Shown: piece by piece, positions 9,844-21,008 of the stretch
How the letters are laid out: every line of letters starts with the position of its first letter
How positions within the stretch are numbered: position 1 is the stretch's first letter
Assembly: GCA_023205875.1 (NCBI GenBank)
Contig: CP060763.1
Span: 682,001 to 746,000 of the forward strand
DNA from: Chloropicon primus
Lineage: Eukaryota
DNA: 64,000 nucleotides
Direction: 5' to 3'
Translations under genes and position numbers: made by a program
The notes under the pieces: model-generated
Seen by the model: the letters and a program-made list of their open reading frames with translations, nothing else
Database searches by the model: none
Told to the model about the DNA's origin: nothing

Positions 9844-11196
9844 ATGTATTCCGGAAGGCACCAGGGACACCACCACGGTCGAGGGAGGAAGCAAAGGAGG
9901 GACTGGAACGCGGGCAACGTAGTCTTCGTGGTTCTCCTTCTCGTGGCGGGCTTCGTCCTCCTCGATATTGCGTCACTGCACGAGGGGACCATCATCTTGG
10001 GAGGTGCTTCGAACGTTGGACGGGTTACGCTCCAGGACCCCAGGACCACCCCGGACATACGAAGGTCGCCGGCGGAGGTCGATATCGTGCGCCAGGAGCC
10101 TCTTGGACCGCCCGAGGGCAGCAGCAACGGAGGGTGGTCCCTCGACTCAGGAGAAGAAGACGCTGGTCCGGAGACCTCGACAGAACGTCATCCCAAGAGC
10201 GAGGGGGAGCACTCGACGACGGCAGATGTTAAGACCACCGAGAGCACGAAACGAGGGGCTCCGCCTGCGCGGACTGGATCCTCCAAGCAGGCAGCCAGCA
10301 GGGGAAGCGAGAAGAGAGAGGACGACAGGATTAAGGTGGATCGCCTGACCGCGAGGCTGAGCAGCACAAAGGTCGTCCTCGGAAAGGAGAGGACGGTGAC
10401 GAATTCTCGTTTGACGTGTGGCGGCTCCCACACCGTTCAGTGGCGGTCGTACAGGGAGCTCAGGGACAGTTTCATTGACAAGAATAAGCTGTACAGGCAC
10501 CTCCCGCCAAAGAGCGTTTCCCTTCTGGACTTTGCGAAAGCAGTGGACGAGTCCCCGTGCTTCAAGAGCCACCGCTACAATTACAAGCACAACAACTGCA
10601 CGTTTGTGCCGCCTGCGGAGGAGCAGGGTGCCAACCAGCAGGCTGAACTCTGCGCGGTTGTTGGCAACGGGGGAAGGCTGAGGCAGGAATTCCACCAGGA
10701 CGCGATAGACTCTGCGGACATCGTGATTCGATTCAACCAGGGCGTGACCCAAGGCTTCGAGAAGCACGTGGGCACCAAGAGCACGATCAGGATGTACAAC
10801 GGCCCTTACATCTCGCCCAAGCAGCCCGGGGAGATCACCATCGCCCAGATCCGCGAGATGGCGATACGGGCGTGGGTGAAGCAGGCCCAGAAGCACGAGC
10901 AGGAGCACCTCGCTTTCATGTTCGATCCGGACTTCATCTGCCACGCTTGGGACTGGGTGGACAGGAAGGGGGAAAAGCCGTCGAGTGGGTTGGTGGGCAT
11001 CATCCTTTCCCTCAGGCTCTGCAAGCACACCAACGTGTACGGGTTCCAGTTTGACGAGTACTTTAACACCTCGATAAGGCCGCACTACTACAATTGGGAG
11101 AGGCCCAAGCCCGGGAGGGAGAACGTCCACCCCTTTGCGGAGGAGAAGAGGTTGTACAAAATGTTGGAGAAGGAAGGGAGGCTGACGCTGTTCTAG
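9844..11196 (+). CDS. GT29 sialyltransferase-like type II Golgi glycosyltransferase
   Basis: N-terminal TM and stem. Sialylmotif L: CAVVGNGG..IDSADIVIRFN..HVGTKSTIR. Motif S: PSSGLVGIILSLRLCKHTNVYGF. Motif III: HYY. Motif VS: HPFAEE. Confidence 0.9.
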   Translation: MYSGRHQGHHHGRGRKQRRDWNAGNVVFVVLLLVAGFVLLDIASLHEGTIILGGASNVGRVTLQDPRTTPDIRRSPAEVDIVRQEPLGPPEGSSNGGWSLDSGEEDAGPETSTERHPKSEGEHSTTADVKTTESTKRGAPPARTGSSKQAASRGSEKREDDRIKVDRLTARLSSTKVVLGKERTVTNSRLTCGGSHTVQWRSYRELRDSFIDKNKLYRHLPPKSVSLLDFAKAVDESPCFKSHRYNYKHNNCTFVPPAEEQGANQQAELCAVVGNGGRLRQEFHQDAIDSADIVIRFNQGVTQGFEKHVGTKSTIRMYNGPYISPKQPGEITIAQIREMAIRAWVKQAQKHEQEHLAFMFDPDFICHAWDWVDRKGEKPSSGLVGIILSLRLCKHTNVYGFQFDEYFNTSIRPHYYNWERPKPGRENVHPFAEEKRLYKMLEKEGRLTLF

Positions 11197-11314
11197 TAGG
11201 CAGCCCTGTATCCATCCAAACATGTTTCAAAATTGTTGTTATGTATTGTATTGTTTCTCTTATAACATTGTTGTTGTTTCTTGATTGATTGAATAATTGA
11301 TTGAATGATGATAC

Positions 11315-12733
11315 TTACTTCTTGTTCTCACTCACAGCGTTTACAGCTTTGTACATGTTGTGCTCCACTCGAAGCTGGTTGAGGTACGGCAACGCCTGGG
11401 GAGCAACGCAAGAGAGAAAGAGGGGGGGGAGGGAAGAGGAATTTATTTTTTCGGGGTCAGTCGACAGGAGTCCACGAGCACTGGTGGCAAAGGGGGAGCC
11501 CGAACACTTACCGCCTCCATGGTCCACTCGAGCTTCGCTGTGGTCGACTTGGACGTGAGCAGAGCCAAGCTCTCGGACATGCTTTCGGCGACCAGCAAGG
11601 CTGCCGCGTAGGCAAAGAGCTCCTGCCTGAGGGAGGATTCCTCCAAGAGGTGGTCATACGCCCCTCTGCACCCACTTCCCTTGGACTTCACCGCTGTCGG
11701 AGCTCTTGGCTTCACCACTTCCCCGCGCCAGATGGCCGCCTGGTGCTCATGCCTGTGCGCAAAGAAGGCGGTGCGCTCCTCTCGCGGCGGGGCTACCCGG
11801 ATCAAGGACATGGGCAAGCTTGAGAGGGGGAAAAGGAGGAGTCAGCACGCGTCGCGGTTGCGGCCCAGGTTTCGCGGCCGGCGGCTCCGAACCAGCGAAC
11901 GATCACTTCTTCTTCTGTACGATGCTCACCTCGCGTTGGGTCGTCCCAAGGCCTTCTCCAGCTTCTCGATCTCCGAGATGGTCTTCCACAGCTCCCTCTC
12001 CAGGCTCTTCATCGGCTCGCCGATGCTGGGCTCGTCGTGGAGAGGCGTCGTCTTGGAGAGGTGGCCCATGGCTCCGCTGATGCAGACCCTCTGCAGGCAC
12101 TCGTAGTGGACCTCTATCTCACCCTGCTTGACGTGGAGCGTCGGGCCCGGGACAATCTTCGTCACGCAGTTGAGCGTTCCGACGGAGATGCCCTTTCCGA
12201 GGACCTTCACCTCCAGGCCCTCCTGCGAGAACTTCCCCGCCTTGATCGTCTCGGGGGCCGAGTTGGAGCTTGAGACAGCGAAAAGAAGAGCGAGAGCGTG
12301 TCAGTCGAAGGGAAGGGCGGGAGCGTCAGGATCTCTCGTCGTCGACTCACCTCAAGGATTGGGCGAACATCCCTCCCTCCCCCAACTCACGAAACGCTTC
12401 CAAGTACTTTTGCTCGTAGATTCGCAGCACACCGGTTGCCGTCGGCAAGAGCACCGAGCCCGTGTATATCGTCGGCACCCCCCACATCTCCTTCTTCTTG
12501 TCCAGCCCCTGGGGGAGCGTGGGTGACCCCTCGACGGAGTCCCCGCTCGTGGCGCGCCACGACCACGACGACGACCCGAGAGGGCGAGATGTCTTCCTTG
12601 CGTCCAGCAGCGTGTTCGGCATCCTCCGCTGGCTCGAGCGCCTCCTGCTCTGCCCGCTTAATCTCCTCACGAGTCCCTCGCTCCTCCCCACCCTACTCGA
12701 GTGGCACACACCACCCCTCACCACCCCCGTCAT
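11315..12733 (-). CDS. Putative organelle-targeted protein with Lon-protease N-terminal (substrate-binding)-like domain; 4 exons
   Basis: Introns 12350-12269, 11929-11819 and 11511-11396 (all GT..AG) join into one frame. R/S-rich presequence. SVLLPTATGVLRIYEQKY resembles the Lon-N 'VLFPG..LPLHIFEPRY' motif. Confidence 0.55.
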
Positions 12734-13617
12734 GACCCTACCAATGAATGAGTGACTGAAGAATGAATGAATTCTTCCCCCCTCTCTCTGTCTGTCTCTG
12801 TGGAGGACGAAGGCACCGGCACGCACCAAGGAATGAAGGCCAGAATAAGGTATAGTCCTTGCTCGTCCACTGTCGTCGTCGTCGTAGACCTCGAGAGAAG
12901 AGAAGAGAGAACCTCTGCCACGTCAGAGCGGCATCAGGCATAAAAATCTCCAGATGAAAAAGTGAGACTGCAGATCTCGTTTTTTGGATAAAGCCAAGCC
13001 AGGGGATCAAGACGAGGCAAGGACGAGGACAACGGGCCACGAGGACGAGGACAACGGGCAAGAGGGGGGGGGGGCAGTCAGGGATCCGCCCAGGAGGCCT
13101 TTACACAACGCGCATCGGGCGCGGGGGGTCAACGGATGATACCCTAAATCAGAGGAAGGTCTCCAGAAAGGGACATAGGGGTAGGAAGGGGGGGGAGGAG
13201 AGAAAAGGTGTTCCGAGGAAGCGAGCCAAAGCAAAGAGGGTATTGGCGAGGTCCTCAGGGAATCTCTAGAGATCATCGCACGTCTCCCGGCAGACTCCGC
13301 ATCGCCATGGCATCACCACCACCACCAGGCAGAGGGGCAGAGGGACGACGACGAGGAGGAGATGGACATCTTTTACGTACATTCATCTTTGTCGTAACGC
13401 CCCTCCATACCAATCCATGACGAGAACAAGAACGAGAACGAGTGCGATGCTTCCAAAGAGGGATCCATCGCAATCCCCCGGAAGCGAAGAGAGACAAGAA
13501 TCCCCTGACCTCTCCCTCCCTCCCCCCCAAAAGAAAAAGTTTTCCCTTTTAGACGTTGACTCCGCTCCGATCATGTGACACTGTCTGACGGAGCGCGGTC
13601 GTGGCGAGAGGACGTTT

Positions 13618-13627
13618 TCTTCTTCTT

Positions 13628-13658
<31 letters not shown>

Positions 13659-13665
13659 TTCTTCG
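13618..13665. repeat. Tandem TTCTTCGCC repeat
   Basis: About four tandem 9-mer units in an intergenic region. Confidence 0.8.
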
Positions 13666-13904
13666 TGAACCTCGGTCGAGGGAAGGGAAAGTCTAAACCC
13701 TTCTCTGCTTCGCCTCGGGGCCGCAACACTTGGAGGGTTTGGATTCGTCGGGACTCGCCGTGCAAAAGGACGTCGTCACCATCCACATCACATCATCATC
13801 CATCAACTTCGTCAGCGAAACGCGATACGATACGGTTTGACCCTGGATCGGGAGAAGATCGGGGCGGCGCCAGAGCGGACGCACGGTCTCCCCTTCGCTT
13901 CGAT

Positions 13905-13960
13905 TGTTTTTGTTTGTTTGTTTGTTTGTTTGTTTGTTTGTTTGTTTGATTGATTGATTG
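13905..13960. repeat. (TTTG)n/(TTGA)n microsatellite
   Basis: Seen directly, upstream of the malic enzyme start. Confidence 0.85.
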
Positions 13961-13985
13961 GGAAGGGCGAGGGACGCTGTCGGTG

Positions 13986-15908
13986 ATGATGATGTTGATG
14001 ATGATGATTGCAAATCGAATGCAGAGGAAGACGTCGTCGTCGTTGTTGGGTTTGGTGGGCAGGGGGGGGGTGTACGGGAGGTCTTGCCCCCACCGAAGCC
14101 TCGTCGCGACGACCGGGTCCTCGGAGGAGGTCGAGCCCCCGCCGTACAACCCGGACGTGAAGGACAGGTCGGTGATCGTGCGCAAGAAGGGCGTGGAGGT
14201 GCTTCACGACCCGTGGTGGAACAAGGGAACGAGCTTCAACTACGTGGAGAGGGACGCGCTCAGCCTCAGGGGCCTCCTGCCCCCTTGCGAGATCCCCTTC
14301 AGCAAGCAGATCGAGCGATTCATGAAGGAGTACCAACACGGCATCGCGCACGTGGCCCCAAAGGACGAGACGGTGACGCCGGAGAACATCCGAAAGTGGA
14401 AAGCCCTCGAGTCCCTGCAGAACAGGAACGAGGTCCTGTTCTACAAGATTCTCCTGGACAACTTCGAGGACATGGCCCCCATCGTGTACACCCCAACTGT
14501 CGGGTGGTGCTGCCAGAACTTTCACCTCATCTACAGGCAAGCGAGGGGCCTGTTCATCAGCGAGAGGGACAGGGGGATGATGTCGAGCCTGGTCTATAAC
14601 TGGCCCGCTAGCAAAATCCACGCCATCGTGGTCACGGACGGCTCGAGGGTCCTGGGGCTCGGGGACCTCGGGGTCAACGGCTTGGGGATCTCCATAGGAA
14701 AGCTGGACATCTACTGCGCCGGAGCGGGGTTCCACCCCTCCAGGGTCATGCCCGTGGTGATCGACGTGGGAACGAACAACGAGTCCCTCCTCAACCACCC
14801 GCTCTACTTTGGCCTCAGGCGCCGGCGGCTCGAAGGGGACGAGTACTACGAGCTGATCGACGAGTTCATGCGCGCCGTCTTGGCCCGGTACCCGAACGTC
14901 CTCATCCAGTTCGAGGACTTCAGCACCAACCACGCTCAGGCCTTGCTGGACCGGTACAGGGAGCACCACTTGGTGTTCAACGACGACATCCAGGGGACGG
15001 CGACGACGGTCTTGGGAGGAATCTACGGAGCTCTCGCGGTGAAGGGCTCTCAGGCCAAGGACATCACCGAGCAGACGATCGTTGTCTGTGGCGCCGGGAG
15101 CGCCGGAATGGGGGTGGTCCAGTTCCTGGCCAAGGCGATGACAAAGCACGGGCTGAGCGAGGAGGAGGCCCGAGAAAGGTTCTGGATTCTCGATGAGGAC
15201 GGTCTGATCACCCGAGGCAGGCCAGGGAACGTGCCCAGCTTCGTAAAGCCTTTCTCCAGGAAGGACGCGGGGATGGAGGGGCAAGACCTCCTTTCGACGA
15301 TCAGGGAGGCCAAGCCGACGATCCTGATCGGGGCCAGCACAGTTGGGGGCCTGTTCACCTCCGAGCACCTGGAGGCCATGTCAGAGTCCTGCGACAGGCC
15401 GTTGGTCATGCCCCTGTCCAACCCGACCTCCAAGCTCGAGTGCACCTCCGAGCAGTCTGCTCAGTGGACCAAGGGAAAGGGAATCTTCGCTGCGGGGTCC
15501 CCTCAACCGAATTGCGTGTACGACGGGCAAGAGATAGCCTCCTCGCAGGCGAACAACATGTACATCTTCCCTGGTCTCGCGCTCGGCGCGTCCGTGGGCA
15601 AGTGCAAAATCATTACCGATAACATGCTCATGAGCGCCTCGGAGTCCCTGGTGAACTGCATCACTCAGGAAGATCTCAGGAAGGGGAGCATCTACCCCAA
15701 GCTATCGATGATAAGGGACATAAGCTTGGAGATCGCGTGCTCGGTGATAGAGCAAGCGGTGGTGGACAAGGTCGTCAAGGCAGACTCGAGGGCAGCGGAG
15801 GTCCTCGAGGAGCAGGGAAGGGAAGGCCTCAAGAGCTTCGTCAAGTCGAGGATGTTCCAGCCCAACTACGACCCACTCGTCTACCTCCCGCCAGGAATCG
15901 GAGAGTAG
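13986..15908 (+). CDS. NAD-ME: NAD-dependent malic enzyme (probably mitochondrial)
   Basis: PIVYTPTVG, VVTDGSRVLGLGDLG, IQFEDF, FNDDIQGT, GAGSAGMG, PLSNPTSKLEC, QANNMYIFPGLALG. The exact start codon is uncertain. Confidence 0.95.
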   Translation: MMMLMMMIANRMQRKTSSSLLGLVGRGGVYGRSCPHRSLVATTGSSEEVEPPPYNPDVKDRSVIVRKKGVEVLHDPWWNKGTSFNYVERDALSLRGLLPPCEIPFSKQIERFMKEYQHGIAHVAPKDETVTPENIRKWKALESLQNRNEVLFYKILLDNFEDMAPIVYTPTVGWCCQNFHLIYRQARGLFISERDRGMMSSLVYNWPASKIHAIVVTDGSRVLGLGDLGVNGLGISIGKLDIYCAGAGFHPSRVMPVVIDVGTNNESLLNHPLYFGLRRRRLEGDEYYELIDEFMRAVLARYPNVLIQFEDFSTNHAQALLDRYREHHLVFNDDIQGTATTVLGGIYGALAVKGSQAKDITEQTIVVCGAGSAGMGVVQFLAKAMTKHGLSEEEARERFWILDEDGLITRGRPGNVPSFVKPFSRKDAGMEGQDLLSTIREAKPTILIGASTVGGLFTSEHLEAMSESCDRPLVMPLSNPTSKLECTSEQSAQWTKGKGIFAAGSPQPNCVYDGQEIASSQANNMYIFPGLALGASVGKCKIITDNMLMSASESLVNCITQEDLRKGSIYPKLSMIRDISLEIACSVIEQAVVDKVVKADSRAAEVLEEQGREGLKSFVKSRMFQPNYDPLVYLPPGIGE

Positions 15909-16120
15909 AAGTCAGCGCCCGAGACGAGCTGCAGGGGCTCTAAGCAGCTTCACGTCCAGCTCCACGGCGGCAAGGAGGTGAGGAGACGCGCGGCAGCAGC
16001 AGCAAAAGTGGTGGGTGAAGGGGCCCACGACGTTAACAACAACACAGAAAATATAGAATATATAGGATATCACATCTCTATAGAATACACACTCTGCAAG
16101 CTGACCTTGCCCCTGCAATT

Positions 16121-16266
16121 CTAATTCTGCTTGAAGTCAGGCAGCACAACCTTGTTGGCCTCGAGGTATTCGTACGTCCTCTGCGAGACGGCAAAGAAGA
16201 AAGTGAAAACGAGGGTCAGTGCTCGTCCGTACACGGGGCGGAGACCAATCTCACGGTAGCGCAAGC

Positions 16267-16297
<31 letters not shown>

Positions 16298-16477
16298 CTC
16301 TGGACCAAGCCAAGCCAAGGCCAAGCCGAGGCGAGGCGAGTCACTTACGTATAAAAAGTATTTGCACAAGATGTAGAAGACCCCCGCGAAGGCGACGAAG
16401 AGTATCTCGAACTCGGCGTTCTTGCAGGCTCTCTTCAGCCTCCCCAGAAGGGTCCTGTCCCGTCTCGCTCGAACCAT
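16121..16477 (-). CDS. 62-aa single-TM microprotein; 2 exons (16477-16349, 16180-16121)
   Basis: ATG, a perfect GTAAGT donor, a CTGAC branch-like site and a pyrimidine-rich CAG acceptor flanking a (GA)n-containing intron. Spliced product: MVRARRDRTLLGRLKRACKNAEFEILFVAFAGVFYILCKYFLYRTYEYLEANKVVLPDFKQN. Confidence 0.65.
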
Positions 16478-16808
16478 GCTATGCTCGCCCAAGCCACCAA
16501 GCACGCGATCACCAGGTTTGGTTTGGTCACCAATCCAATCCCATGGAGGAGAGATAGAGATTGAAGGAGAAAGAGGAGAGGAGGGGAGAGAGAAGGGAGA
16601 GGAGAGGAGGAGAGGATGGTGAGGGGGTGGGCCGAGAGATGGTGTAGTAGATGGATTCGGACACAAGATTCTCTCCGGATGTCTTGTGCCGCTCCTGCAC
16701 TCATGGCTTCTCTCTGACCCATCAACAAGGCACAAAAAGGAGGTAGGTAGGTTGTTTCATACTAAGTCGTCTGTTATTTTTTCGTACTTTAACCAGGATG
16801 GCGATAGG

Positions 16809-16843
<35 letters not shown>

Positions 16844-16888
16844 GTTTATGATGTTGTTGTTGTTAATCAGAGACTATGAGTTTGGGTT

Positions 16889-18403
16889 TTACACGATTTG
16901 CTTGGATATTGAGTTCCTCTTTTTCAGGCTCAATGGGTTAGGACCCTCAGCAGGCATCTCCTCCCTCTTGCCTCCCAAACCTCCGCCCATGTTCATCATG
17001 TGAGCAAACTCGTCATAACTAATCTTACCATCCGAGTTCTGGTCACACTCCTTGATGATCTGCACAATCTCAGCCGCCTCGTGGTCGAAACCGTAGTCCT
17101 TGAGACACTTCTCTATTTCATCTTCTGTGATATATCCACTGTTGTCCTTGTCAATGGTCTTGAAGGCCTTGAGGAGGGCCTCCGACTGGTTGAGCATCTG
17201 GACGTTCACCGTGGCAGCGATGAACTCGTCCCAGTCAACCGTTCCGTTGCCATCAAGATCCATCTGCTCCATCATGTCCATGATCTCGTTCTCTGCTCCC
17301 GAAAAGCCTTGCTGCTTCAGCCCCTTCCTCAGCTCGTCAAATGTTATACACCCGCTGCCGTCTTTGTCCATCGTCCCGAACATCTTCTTCAGACCCTCGA
17401 CCTCGTTCGACGTGAGGGAGGCGGCCATTATCTTCAAAGCTGCCTTTTTCAGCTTGTTCATCGCAGCAAACTGCTTAATTCTCTTGGCCACAGCGTTGTC
17501 AAGTGGCGTGTCTGGAGCGCTGTCGTTCATCCAGGGGTGGGTCAGGATCTCCTGGCAGGTCGCCCTCTTCGAGGGATCCCTCACAAGCATTCTATTTACA
17601 CAGTCCTTGGCTCCCTCTGAGATCGCTGGCCAAGGATCAGACACGAAGTCTATCGGCGCCTTGAGGATGTTGTTGAAGATCTCCTTCTCCGTCTCTCCGT
17701 TGAATGGCGGCCAGCCACACAAAAGAATGTACATAATAACCCCGATGCTCCAGACATCGATCTCGTTGCTATAGTTGTTCAAAAGCACCTCAGGAGCGAT
17801 GTAATAGGCGCTACCAATGACCTCGGAGAAGCGCTCGCCTTCCTTGAAGAAGGCGGAGAGACCAAAGTCAGTGGCCTTGAGCTCAGCGTCAGAGCCCTTC
17901 GAAGAGAGCAAAAAGTTCTCAGGCTTGAGATCCCTGTGCACAACACCCAAGTCATGCATCTGCTTCACCACCAAGAGCATCGTCTGCAGGTTCTTTGCGG
18001 CCTTCTTCTCACTGTAGTGCCCGGCCTCGATGATACTGTCGTACAGCTCGCCGCCTTCGCAGAGCTCCATCACAATATGGACGTTCCTGATGTCCTCGTA
18101 CGCGCCGTAGAACTGGACGACGTTGTTGGTGCCGGAAAGGTGGCGGAGGATCTGAATCTCTCTCTTGATGTCCTGGATGTCCGCCTCGGTGACGAGCTTG
18201 AGCTTCGATATCGTCTTGCAAGCGCACCTCGAGTTGTCCGTCTTCTTCTTCGCGAGGGTCGTCACACCAAACTGCCCCTGGCCCAAGATCCTTCCAATCA
18301 AGTAGTCGTCCTCCACATTCGCCGTGGGATCGTCCACAATCATTGTACGCATCGCGATCTCCTTGGTCTGCTTGGCAGACTCTTTCGACATGCAACCACC
18401 CAT
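16889..18403 (-). CDS. CPK: Calcium-dependent protein kinase (CDPK)
   Basis: MGGCMSK acylation motif, kinase motifs (GQGQFG, HRDLKPEN, DFG, APE), junction KQFAAMNKLKKAAL and four EF-hands. Confidence 0.96.
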   Translation of the reverse strand: MGGCMSKESAKQTKEIAMRTMIVDDPTANVEDDYLIGRILGQGQFGVTTLAKKKTDNSRCACKTISKLKLVTEADIQDIKREIQILRHLSGTNNVVQFYGAYEDIRNVHIVMELCEGGELYDSIIEAGHYSEKKAAKNLQTMLLVVKQMHDLGVVHRDLKPENFLLSSKGSDAELKATDFGLSAFFKEGERFSEVIGSAYYIAPEVLLNNYSNEIDVWSIGVIMYILLCGWPPFNGETEKEIFNNILKAPIDFVSDPWPAISEGAKDCVNRMLVRDPSKRATCQEILTHPWMNDSAPDTPLDNAVAKRIKQFAAMNKLKKAALKIMAASLTSNEVEGLKKMFGTMDKDGSGCITFDELRKGLKQQGFSGAENEIMDMMEQMDLDGNGTVDWDEFIAATVNVQMLNQSEALLKAFKTIDKDNSGYITEDEIEKCLKDYGFDHEAAEIVQIIKECDQNSDGKISYDEFAHMMNMGGGLGGKREEMPAEGPNPLSLKKRNSISKQIV

Positions 18404-19184
18404 TATACGCTTTGGTGAGTGAATTCTGCCGCAGCAAGGAAAAGGTTTGTCCTACAGTGGTTGGTTGGCCCTGCCCTCACTCCGGTAAATAAGCAGTTGT
18501 TCCTTTCGTTACAGTTCTGACCAATGCCCTAGTTTAGCAACCTTGATACATGCTAGTATGAACCAACCAAAGGAAGAGTGTCCAAACCAAAACACACGCA
18601 CACGCAAAAGCTTGGTTTGTCGGTGGCGCCCCAATGTACCAAAGTGCCAAGCGCTCGGTTCGGTTCGTCTTACGCGTTCGTCAAGGTTCGCGATATGAAC
18701 TTTGAGGGATCCCAAAGTACTCTTGGCCTTTCCCTCCTCTTTGATAGGACGAGTGCGTGGGTCGGTCACACAAACCGCAACAAGTGGGTCAGGGTCTTCG
18801 CTCGCTCTTCGCTCTCTCCTCGGGAAACGAAAAAAAAACAAGAAAAAAACCCAGTGACCGAAAAACTTCACTTGACAGAGAGAGAGAGAGAGAGAGGAGG
18901 GGTCCACACAGAGAGGAGGCGTCTTGGGTTTTTGGGAAGTGGAAGCAAGCTCTACTCTTGTAGTATTCGGGTGTCTTTGATTCTTTCGACAGGCCTCGAG
19001 TCGTAGGTGGATTAGAAATACCTAGGGTGGGAAGGACATCAGGGTAGAGGATTCTTCGCAGTAGTATTCCCTTGCTCCTCCAGACCTTGACCGAGGCAGC
19101 AAGGAGGTGGGGTCGGGTGTGTTCACATCGCCTTGCTCGACATCGCCCTGCTCGGAAGAAAAAAAATCCCCAATCCCAAGCAGG

Positions 19185-19191
19185 GACGACG

Positions 19192-19235
<44 letters not shown>

Positions 19236-19243
19236 TGATGATA
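19185..19243. repeat. (GAC)n/(GAT)n microsatellite
   Basis: Seen directly. Confidence 0.85.
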
Positions 19244-19688
19244 TTAATATTATCATTAGTCCTCCTCGTCCTCCTCGTGGTGTGATGTTGTTGCGTTTGG
19301 ATACTGAAATAGGCCGGATGAAAAAGGAAAGGCTTTTCTTCCAAACTTTCCTGTCCTTGTCCTGGATGGGGTGGCCAACTCATTTCCTTTGGACGACCCG
19401 ACCCGACCTCAAGAAGAAGAAGAAGAAGAGAGACCTCCCCCATCTCTTCCTCTCGTCGTCCTCCTCCTCCCAAGATCCTCCTGTCTCTCTCTGTCTGTCT
19501 GTCTCTCTCTGTCTGTCTTCTCGTTCCGTTCTCGTTCGGGAGAGAAACCAAAATCCCCAGGATTCCCCAGGATCGCGCGAGGCAGAGGTGGCTGGCCGGC
19601 AGGATAGAGGAGGAGAGGAGGATTGAACTGAACCTGTTCAACCCCCCCCAGAACGCAACGCATAGGAAGGAAGAAACGCGACACAGAT

Positions 19689-20707
19689 ATGCCCATCTTC
19701 ACCAACCGGTAAGTACACGCGCACGCACGCACACACACACACACACACACACTCTCTCTCTCTCTCTTCAGCTTCGGAGGAGGAGGGGGATCGTGTTTCG
19801 CGTCTCGTACTCGTGGCTCTCGGCGGTCTGTTGTTGTGCACGGTACGGTGTTTCTGATTCGACCGAGCTTGGTGTCGACCAGTCCTTTGGTGGCCGCTCT
19901 TTTGTCCTTCTTCTTCGCGCAGGTGGCCAAGGTGTTCACGACATGGTAAGTGTTTTGGTGTGTGCGAACGAACGAACGAATAGTACGAGGGAAGAGAAGA
20001 GGAGAAAGAATTGTGATTGCCACAGGGGAACAACGCATTCGTTTGTCGTCGACACCCCCAACTCTAACTCTCTTTTGTCTGTCTGTGTGTCGTGATGACG
20101 CAGGTACCTCGATAGGAAGTGGGACCTGACCCGGCTCGTGGGCTCGGGGGGGATGCCTTCCTCGCACTCGGCCTTCGTAAGTGAAGAGAGCAAAGGTCCC
20201 CCGTCCCTCCATCCGTCACTGGTGGTGCTTTCCGCTGACGACAACAACAACATTGGGGTTGCTCTCTCTCTCTCTCTCTCGTTCGTGGTGGGACGACTGG
20301 AAAAAAAAAAAAAAGGTGGTGGGACTGTGCACGGCAGTCGGGTTCGCGAGCGGGACCAGCTCGGTGGAGTTTGCCGTGTGCTTCGTGTTCTCCGCAATCG
20401 TAAGTAGCAGCAGAACTCGGTCTGGCGAACTTGATCTGGGTTTAGAGGGTGGAACTTGATTGACTGACTGACTTGACTGACTGACTGACGGGATCATCGC
20501 CAGGTGATGTACGACGCGTCCGGAGTCCGGCAGCACGCGGGAAAGCAGGCGAACGTCCTGAATCAGATCATTTCGGAGCTCCCCCCGGAGCACCCCGTGA
20601 GCGACGTCAGGCCCCTCAAGGACACCTTGGGCCACACCCCGACCCAGGTCTTCGCGGGGGCGTGCACCGGAGTCATCGTGGGCTCCCTGTACATGGCCTC
20701 GTACTAG
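19689..20707 (+). CDS. DUF212 / divergent PAP2 (acid phosphatase/vanadium haloperoxidase-related) membrane protein; 5 exons (19689-19708, 19868-19945, 20104-20176, 20316-20399, 20504-20707)
   Basis: Four GTAAGT donors. The spliced product contains AQVAKVF..GSGGMPSSHSA..VMYDASGVRQHAGKQANVLN..LGHTPTQVFAG. Confidence 0.9.
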
Positions 20708-21008
20708 TGGAGGAGGAGGAGGGGGGAGCTTGTTTTTGTGGGAGTGTAGACTATGCGCGTGGCGCGTGTGTTGGAAGGGAAGGGCGGGTTTGGGAAGGGA
20801 CGATCGGCGACGGCGACGATGATTCATTCATTCATTCATTCATGTACAACAACAAAAGCAACGGCGACGACGAGCGGCGCGAGGGCGTGCGTCGTCAGTC
20901 GTCGTCAGTCGTCGATTCAATTTAGAAACTATTATTTTATTAGTGGAAGGGGACATATTTTATTACTATTAGATCCGGCTGCGACAGGAGAACTCGATCC
21001 TCCTAAAG

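Noticed and set aside
13080..13270. ACCCTAAA as a telomerase RNA template or other ncRNA
   Set aside because: It is a single short match with no supporting structure or promoter visible.
18940..19080. GTAGTA motifs as U2 snRNA
   Set aside because: The flanking sequence does not match the conserved U2 5' region. This is more likely CDPK upstream or UTR sequence.
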